Shown here: positions 56,609 to 64,000 of the stretch, piece after piece
Position numbering within the stretch: the stretch's first letter is position 1
Layout: each line of letters begins with the position of its first letter
Source of the DNA: a virus
Strand: one strand, 5' to 3'
DNA: 64,000 nt
IMG/VR virus record: IMGVR_UViG_3300035703_000022
Location: 1 to 64,000 of that record
Made by a program: the position numbers and the translations under genes
Notes under the pieces: generated by a model
Told to the model about the DNA's origin: nothing
Seen by the model: the letters and a program-made list of their open reading frames with translations, nothing else
The model's database searches: none

Positions 56609-57920
56609 TTAATTTTTGGGCTTTATCTTATTACATTCGTTACAATAATAACTAAATCCATCTCTAAAATATTTTACTTTTTGAAAGTTTTCTTCATTCA
56701 GTGATTTAGTCTCACCACATTTACTACATGTCCTTTCCGTATTGTTTTTTTGCTCGCTTGAGATCTTTGAGTTCTGCTTTAATTTCTTTATAAGCGGCGT
56801 TAGCATCAATTTTTCCCCCCATTTCTAATGCACAAATAATATCCACTCTAGTGCCAAAATGTGCAAGTGCTTTTTCAAAATCGTCTAATTCATACATCGT
56901 AATCAATCCTACAATGTTCTGCAATAATATCTATACGAGCATCTAAAGAATTTTCCATCTCATACAAAGCATTAGTCAAACCTACATTTTCTTCTTCCAA
57001 TACTTTAATACGATCTTCAAGTTCTTGCAACTTTTGAAAGACTACATCACCAGGAGTAGGATCTGGGAACCCCCACTTCTTAAAAAACCAATAAGGATCA
57101 CTCATAGTCCAACAGACCTCAGATAATTTTCATATCTCATAAATCTTTGAAGTGATGGAGTTACTCCAAGACTTTCACAACACCTACAATATGAAATAAA
57201 TTCATACCAAGGCGTTGTCGGATCCGTATCACTCACAATTTGCCTCCTACTGTACCTTCGTGAATTTTTTCGGGTTCAGGGAAACCTTCCTGCCGTCCTT
57301 TAAGATAAAAACGGGTTGCTGCAACACATTGTTCTTCAGTGAGAGACGTGACCAATCCTTTTCCATCAGAATCGGTTGATTCCCAGAGTCCATACTTTCT
57401 TTGAGTAATGTAAAAACAATCATCAATTAATTTCTTTTCGGTCATTTACTTGTTTTACAATTTCATGAAGTTGTTTCAGTGCCTCAATGGTTTCAGGAGT
57501 TTCTTCCCAAAACCAAGAATTGCCGTTTTTGTCTACAAATGTGCGTTCAGTCATACTTATAACTCAATGTAATGTCTTTCTTTTTAAGATTGTATCGATC
57601 AATATGTTTTTTACGGTGTTCTTCACTCTGAAAATAACACTTACGAGTTTCTTTTCCGTCTGCGTGAATCAATTTATAAGGAAATTGATCGAAAGGGAAT
57701 TCTTCTTCCCTATTTTGAGAAACCGTTAGTTCACTTTTCTTTGGTCGTCCCATAATCATTAAGTCGGCTGCTCTACTCGTTGAGTATACACGGTATCAAA
57801 CAGTTCGTCAAGTATGGTGGCGCACTCCCAGTATTCTTTACTGTCGTGAGTGCATTTTTCAATCTGATAACGACGAACTGCATTATGAATAAGTTTCCAC
57901 TGATCTTGTCTGAATTCCAT
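56609..57920 (-). other. Run of about 8 small hypothetical ORFs, including a CxxC..CxxC zinc-finger ORF
   Basis: ORF track plus manual reading (57102-57236, 57759-57920); promoter TTGACG-17-TATACT at about 57783-57811. Confidence 0.6.
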
Positions 57921-57921
57921 A

Positions 57922-58395
57922 TTACTCTCCTAGTGTATGAATAACTGGTTTTTCGTGTGCTAGTATATGGTAAAGGTCTGGGTTCTTTGCTGCTGATATC
58001 GGAACAAATTCCGTCTCAGAATCAAACTCTTCGTCACGAATTGCCTGGTTGATAACAATAGAACCATCTATACCAGAGTATGAACGATGAAAAGTCATTT
58101 TAGGAATGACCAAAGCACCAGAAGAACGATTAAGATGAACAATATGGTAAGGATATCTCCATTCTGGATTGACCAACTCAAAAGTTCTCATTCCAGATAA
58201 CACACGATTATGATCTATTTGATGATAATGAATATAAAATTGTTTTGCTCCTACAATGTCATCTGGTGGACTGATAGCCGGACCAGTATGACATACTAAG
58301 TCTTGTGCATTTGATCCATCTACTGATATATCATAAAATACAACCGATTCTGTTTCACGGAATACTCTATGTTTTTTAAAAGTTACTTCGCTCAT
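57922..58395 (-). CDS. Cupin-fold (RmlC-like) protein
   Basis: FYIHYHQ.D..RVLSG.R.FELV..LVIP..FHRS.S. Confidence 0.55.
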   Translation of the reverse strand: MSEVTFKKHRVFRETESVVFYDISVDGSNAQDLVCHTGPAISPPDDIVGAKQFYIHYHQIDHNRVLSGMRTFELVNPEWRYPYHIVHLNRSSGALVIPKMTFHRSYSGIDGSIVINQAIRDEEFDSETEFVPISAAKNPDLYHILAHEKPVIHTLGE

Positions 58396-59411
58396 TTTAA
58401 CAGGTTTAAATAAGATCCACTATAGACTCCACCTTCTATATATTCATCATAATTTGGTGCCCATTTATTAACATTAATATCACTAGAACAGTGACACAAT
58501 GTTGTATTGCAGATGATTGGACTAGTTGGCCACTTAATGTTTTCATAGTCTTCTATTTCTCCAATAAAGTCCCCAACCATACAATTTCCGGGTTTTATTT
58601 TCCCATCATAATGCACAAATAAACTTTTTAATCCTATTTCACATGTATATCCTTCAAAATTAGTCATTCCAGAATTAACGAATTGGACCGGATTAATTTC
58701 CATACCTGATACAATAGATCCATCGTCAAATTCGAAAGAAGAACCCATATCTACTGGTTGATGTTTTGGTAATAAGTGATTCATGATTTTACGATGACCC
58801 TTATTATTTTCTTGATCATCAAACCAATCTAATTGATCTTTCGTGTAAACATGTGCATCTCTATTTTCACCACCGAAGTCTAAAATTCTAACAGGTTCCA
58901 CACAAGATGTAGGAATATCTGATATGGAATTGAATACTTCTACGCAATGATCCCACATAGATGGTAACATCATAACTCTTACAGTTAGATAAGTATTTAA
59001 ACTAGATGCAATTATTTTTTCCTTAAAGTCTTTAACTGGAAACTCGGGATGATATGAAAAACAAATATAATACAAATATTTTGAAATATCTTCCCAATAC
59101 TCTATTGATTTGATAGCATTACTAGTCACACCTATAGTGTTACCAGAAGAATTAAATTTTTTTACCAGATCTGGAAAGAATGGGCTAAGAGTTGGTTCAC
59201 CTCCACTTACTGAACAATGAACATTTGAATAATTTTCAAATAATTTATCTAAAAATTTTTCTGCATTTTCCCAACTATAGTGATGTCCAATGCCTGAATT
59301 TAAAGCGGGTATACAATATGAACATCTATTATTACACATATTGTTAATTACCCAAGTTAAATTCATAAAAGATTGATCATTTTGAATTACTCTAATAATT
59401 TTTTTGTTCAT
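58392..59411 (-). CDS. Radical SAM protein with C-terminal Cys cluster
   Basis: CNNRCSYC, SGGEPTL, TSN, SYHPEF; C..G..C..C..C.C tail. Confidence 0.9.
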   Translation of the reverse strand: MNKKIIRVIQNDQSFMNLTWVINNMCNNRCSYCIPALNSGIGHHYSWENAEKFLDKLFENYSNVHCSVSGGEPTLSPFFPDLVKKFNSSGNTIGVTSNAIKSIEYWEDISKYLYYICFSYHPEFPVKDFKEKIIASSLNTYLTVRVMMLPSMWDHCVEVFNSISDIPTSCVEPVRILDFGGENRDAHVYTKDQLDWFDDQENNKGHRKIMNHLLPKHQPVDMGSSFEFDDGSIVSGMEINPVQFVNSGMTNFEGYTCEIGLKSLFVHYDGKIKPGNCMVGDFIGEIEDYENIKWPTSPIICNTTLCHCSSDINVNKWAPNYDEYIEGGVYSGSYLNLLK

Positions 59412-59415
59412 TATA

Positions 59416-60623
59416 CTAATCGTACAAATTTTGTTCTCTTTGTACTCTATCTAGGTAATGATATAAAGTTTGTTTAGAATATTTAAATTCTTTGAATCTA
59501 CATGGATTATTTTTTTCCATTTTATGTAACATATTAATCCAGTCATAATGTTTGTCTACAATCCATCCATAACGACGTTCATCATAAAATATATCAAAAA
59601 TGGAAACCATTATTCAAACTCTCTCGAAACATTCATTTTTTTTGTAGGCGGTTCGTATGGGGGAATAACCTCACAAGTTATACGAATATCTGTACTTTTA
59701 GTCGCTTCTGCCATCTGACGATATCCCGAACCAACATAAATCTGACCTCCAACTACAGCTATAGCCATGATTCCCCAAAAAATGTAATACCACTTGGATT
59801 TTACTTGGTGTTGTTTATTCATTTGAATACCGCAGTAACGCCTACAACTTTAGCATTAGGATTACGAGCAAGAGCAACTTGTCGTGCATCTTGGCAATCT
59901 TTTGCCTCCACAATTTCATCAAATACTTTACCAGCAACGTAAAGTTGAACTTTACACCTCATAATAGTATCTCCCTAATAAAAATTTAATTAACAAATAC
60001 AGAATGACAATGAGGACATTTCCAATATTCTATCTTACCAGTTTCAGAATTTCTTCCACCTAAAAGGTTAGAATGAAAGGCTCCTGGTTCATAAGCATAA
60101 CTAATATCTTCAAGTATCTCATCGTCAACGAGGGTTTGATGACATGAAGGACAATTTCTCCATGTGAGAGGACTATGCATATTTCTTAGAGTTAGATCCA
60201 TATTTTGGTTGTTCTGAGTCAAATTTAATCCATTTAGCATCTTTCATTTTAATACACATCAATAATGTTTCATGTTCTCTCCAATAAAGATCCCAATCAT
60301 TTTTTATTTTTGCATTATATCTTCTTTGATATGCACAACACCATACGTTATAGTAAATTTTTGCCTTCTCAGAAAGAGCCATTACCCAACCTCTCAAAAC
60401 ACACACTATTAAATTTACCTTCTACTCCACGAAGAATAAGTTTAGTATGCGATGACTTTACAATTATTTCTTGAACATAATAAACCCCACCATTAACAAG
60501 AAGATTTTCTGGATCTGTATTATTTCCCCAATTAATTTGTTCTCTGGTACATCCAATAAATTTTACATAATCATCTTTACGAATTTTTCCATAAGAAAAT
60601 TTGGGTATACGAAGATCTTTCAT
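59416..60623 (-). other. Six small hypothetical ORFs
   Basis: ORF track plus 59819-59962 (MRCKVQLYVAG..ALARNP.AKV). Confidence 0.6.
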
Positions 60624-60633
60624 TGTTTTATGG

Positions 60634-61806
60634 TTAGGTTAGATTCAGGAACTTTTCTTTATTATAGACACTTCCATCTATAAAGTCAATCTCATTATCC
60701 ATCAATATCCAATTTCCCAAACTATTATCCGAAGTTATCATATCTGCAAGTATGACTCTCTTTTTTTTATAAAGTGAAGAAATTTTACTCCAATTAGAAG
60801 TTGATCTAACTATAGTTTTTGAATAACAACCTACCATAAGATCAAAAATATTCTCAAAAACTCTAGGGATTGAAGTAGAATACTTTTTTTCAAGGATTTC
60901 TTTTGGAATTTTATCTTTGTGAAAATTCAAAAACATTTCAAAATAAAAATCTTTGTCTATTATATTTTCTGAAAAATTATCATAGTAATGTGAATAGTAC
61001 TTTTTGGGAATATCCGAACTTATATAAATCTTTTGATTAGGATTTTCTTTAAGGATATAATTAAGAATTAAATTAAAATAATCAGAGTCTGGTACTATTT
61101 TATAAGTGTTTACCCATTTGTAATTATAACAAATTTCTTCAGTAGAAGAATATTTTTCTTCATTATAAGTATCTTTTTCAATTAAACTATCATAATACTT
61201 ATAAGTTTTTGAATGTATATTAGACCCTAATCTAGTTCTATGAAAAATTTTCCAATAGTCCAACACAATTTCTTTTGTTAAACACTGTTCCATTTCATTT
61301 AAAAATTTTATCGTAGGAAATGTCCCTCGACCTCTTCGCAAATGTATGTAACAGCAATCGGAAAATTTTTGTTCTATAAAATCGGAAACTATTGGTAATT
61401 TTAATCTAATTTTAGATACGCCATCATGTATGACATAATTATTTGTGACACTTTGGCCTTCAAAAATGTTAGACATTTCTTCCAAAGAGAAATTAAAATA
61501 ATAATAACTATCCTTAGAAGGGGTCAAAAAACTATTATGTTTAGTTATCATAATAGTTTTAACATCTTCCCAAGTAATTGGAACTTTTTTTTTACATGTT
61601 CTAATATCCTGGGATGTAGTATTCGGCAAATCAATTAACAATAATTCTGGCCAATATTTTTCTTCTACGATTATTTGAATATCTTCGATAATTAAAGAGA
61701 GTTGATATGCTAGAACCCAATATTTAATTCTATCTCCAAATCCGTTGTCATATGGTGTTATACCAATTCCCCTCCAAGGTTCAAAACATATCAAATTGAT
61801 AGACAT
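60634..61806 (-). CDS. Fucosyltransferase-like GT-B protein (GT11/GT23-like)
   Basis: NGFGDR, YIHLRRG, IYISSD, DL..STSNWS motifs. Confidence 0.6.
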   Translation of the reverse strand: MSINLICFEPWRGIGITPYDNGFGDRIKYWVLAYQLSLIIEDIQIIVEEKYWPELLLIDLPNTTSQDIRTCKKKVPITWEDVKTIMITKHNSFLTPSKDSYYYFNFSLEEMSNIFEGQSVTNNYVIHDGVSKIRLKLPIVSDFIEQKFSDCCYIHLRRGRGTFPTIKFLNEMEQCLTKEIVLDYWKIFHRTRLGSNIHSKTYKYYDSLIEKDTYNEEKYSSTEEICYNYKWVNTYKIVPDSDYFNLILNYILKENPNQKIYISSDIPKKYYSHYYDNFSENIIDKDFYFEMFLNFHKDKIPKEILEKKYSTSIPRVFENIFDLMVGCYSKTIVRSTSNWSKISSLYKKKRVILADMITSDNSLGNWILMDNEIDFIDGSVYNKEKFLNLT

Positions 61807-62418
61807 TATTCTTTAATATTATTTTTAAATTCCTTTTCCAATTCTGTTGCGAGTTTCATCGCTCGTCTCCACATTAAGTATTTTACTATAGGATTGCGAG
61901 GATTATTTAGTAACCACCACTTAGTTTTTTCATACTGGAACTTTAGAAGTTTACTTATATAATAAACTAACTGAGATATACTATTATCTGTTACAATAAA
62001 ATATGCACATATTATGAATAAAGAAAGCCAAATATAATAACTTTCCATTATCACTGCCAACGAATAGTTTTTAGATACTCTAAAACTGTATCTCTAACGT
62101 CCATAAGTTCATGAAAACACTTTTGATCATGTGCAGATTGTCTCAATTCATGATCTGGTTTATGTACACTTTCAATAAACAAATCCAATCCACGATTCCA
62201 CTTATCCTGTTTTGATTCTGCATCATAAATGAAATAAGGTTTTGTCATTTTACTTCCTCCAAATCCTCGATGGACGATACTGGTACTTCGTGTTCTGCAA
62301 TTCGGTAATAATGTTCACCTTCTCGTACACCGAGATATTCAATGTCATCACAACTATGTTCTCTCAACCAAGCTTGAAGACGCAGATGCATCAGTTCAGA
62401 AGAATTTGGAACTTTCAT
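61806..62418 (-). other. Three small hypothetical ORFs (61806-62060, 62051-62248, 62245-62418)
   Basis: ORF track plus manual reading; upstream TTGACA-16-TATAAT at 62442-62469. Confidence 0.55.
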
Positions 62419-62472
62419 ATTAAATCACTAAACACTTAGTAATTATAAGTTATTTAGCCTATTTGTCAATAA

Positions 62473-62543
62473 TGGAGAATAGGAGAATCGAACTCCTAAT
62501 AAGTGCTTGCAAAGCACCCGTTATACCGTTTAACTAATTCCCC
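62473..62543 (-). tRNA. trnA: tRNA-Ala(UGC)
   Basis: GGGGAAT/ATTCTCC acceptor stem with G3:U70; GGTGC-TT-TGC-AA-GCACT; GTTCGATTC. Confidence 0.93.
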
Positions 62544-62553
62544 ATGAAAAAAA

Positions 62554-63928
62554 TCATGACTTATGAGAAATGAACTCAACTTCAGTTTTCCATTTATATC
62601 CAGGAGTATCCCAAGTTTGATTATTATTAAAAATCTTATTATTATTTTCCAGTTCTTCTTCCGTTATTTCTGATTGATGTGAGAGAACAACATCCGAAAA
62701 AGTATTTCCAAAATATAGTTTATCAATTTTAGATTTTTCTGGATAATTTTCCAATAAATTTTTTGCGGAAAATCTAATTTTTTTGGGAAGATTTGGATAC
62801 TTTACTTCATCTAAAAGTAGTTTTAAAAACTCTCTTGTAGCTAGAAGAGAGTTATGTTCTTGTTGTGGCAAGGTCATAAGTCATCTAGAATACTGATCAA
62901 TAATGAATAATACTTCATCTAGGTACTTGTTGGCAAGTTCTTTTTCTCCAGGATACCTATGTTCAAATTGAAGTTGATGTTTCAACTTCATCACTCTAAC
63001 TTTAAATTCATCTTTTAACAACTGATTCTTTGGCATAAAAACACAACATCAGATATTATATAGGATTGATTTTTTACCGGAAAAATTTTTACCTCCAAAA
63101 TGAAGCTAAAAGCTAATTTTGATTTTTCTTTTTGCAAGCACCACGAGCATATGCTCTCGCCATACTATCTACATGAGAACAAGGTTTCCCTTTCTCACCA
63201 CAGTAAGGACACTTGGCATCTTGGGGATCATTAGGGTACGAAAACTTCGGCATCGCTCTGATTTAATTGTTTTTGATTTTTAACACCAAATGCCTCATCA
63301 AATTGTTCATATATTTCCTTCCAAGAACCACCTACTCCACCATCCATATTCACAACAACTTCGTTAGTTGGAAGTGCTTTTGGAATCTCAATATCAACAA
63401 CAGGGCCCATCAGAAACTTATTACGAGTGTAAGTTCTATTTTCTGGATCCATAGAAACCATATGCAAAGCGTCTTGTTCATCACCACAATCTAAAAGTTT
63501 TTTTCCAGTCTTTTTATTCAGGACTGAAAAGTATTCTTCATTGTATTTTTTCATTAATTAAATCCTCTAGGTGTACTTTTTTCTTTTCGTTTATCCAAAA
63601 CTTCAACATGACTCAAAAACTGTTCTGGAGTTTGCCACCATTCTTTTCTAAGATCTTCGAAATTATCAAAAATTACCGACTTATTACTAAAATAAACTAA
63701 TTTATAATCATGTCGATTATAGGGTTCATTTGATGTTTGTTGAAAATTTTTTGGAAGATTCATTATTTTTTTTTTCAATAGGTCTATACAGTTGGGGCCA
63801 AGTATCACGAATGATCTCTGCGAGTTTGTATGGAGTTTCAGAAGTTATCATAAATCTTGTGTAACGGACAATATAAACATAATGACACCAAAGAGTTGAA
63901 ATAAAAAAAGAATTAAAAGAAATGACAT
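62554..63928 (-). other. Run of about 7 small hypothetical ORFs downstream of psbD
   Basis: ORF track plus manual reading (62881-63036, 63113-63253, 63726-63851, 63848-63928). Confidence 0.55.
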
Positions 63929-63929
63929 G

Positions 63930-63955
63930 AAAAGGAGTTCTTGTAGAACTCCCTT
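63930..63955 (-). terminator. Terminator after psbD
   Basis: Minus strand GGAGTTCT-aca-AGAACTCC-TTTT. Confidence 0.75.
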
Positions 63956-63964
63956 ATTTAGTTT

Positions 63965-64000
63965 TTAGAGTGCATTACCTCGTGGTAGAACTTCCTCTGG
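63965..64000 (-). CDS. psbD: Photosystem II D2 protein, 3' end (truncated by window edge)
   Basis: Reads PEEVLPRGNAL*, the conserved D2 C-terminus, followed by a terminator. Confidence 0.9.
   Translation of the reverse strand, partial: PEEVLPRGNAL

Noticed and set aside
425-63494. Many plus-strand ORFs of 60-211 aa opposite minus-strand genes (e.g. 18535-19170, 32519-32956, 39207-39770)
   Set aside because: They are antisense shadows of well-supported genes, with no recognisable motifs
63766-63775. T10 homopolymer as a phase-variation or frameshift site
   Set aside because: Both overlapping small ORFs read sensibly without slippage, and such runs are expected at this AT content
4784-64000. 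Stop-codon reassignment
   Set aside because: Core genes are full length under the standard code, and TAA, TGA and TAG all occur as stops

Overview
This 64 kb window is part of an AT-rich T4-like cyanophage (cyanomyovirus) genome, read mostly on the minus strand. Cyanophage markers are the last 11 codons of psbD at the right edge, cp12, phoH, thyX, speD and DUF4278/DUF1825 genes. T4-core genes include gp5, gp51, gp26, gp4, gp2, gp48, gp53, gp32, gp59, gp33 and a glutaredoxin. Also present are a 2187-aa tail fibre with a C-terminal chaperone, three tRNAs (Thr-UGU, Leu-UAA, Ala-UGC), two HNH and one GIY-YIG endonuclease, and a Mom-like DNA modifier. Two candidate systems stand out. (1) A nitrogen-sensing cassette at 39963-40504 that the ORF track misses entirely: an NtcA box, a sigma70 promoter, a tandem glnA-type glutamine riboswitch whose second aptamer contains a 51-codon ORF, a Gln-rich DUF4278 peptide and a basic 33-aa peptide. 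(2) A translationally coupled ten-gene tailoring operon at 45603-54542 (carbamoyltransferase, amidinotransferase, minimal DegT aminotransferase, 2OG-Fe(II) oxygenases and five GT25 glycosyltransferases) downstream of a late promoter and fibre-like genes. All family assignments come from motif recognition by eye; no database search or folding program was run.
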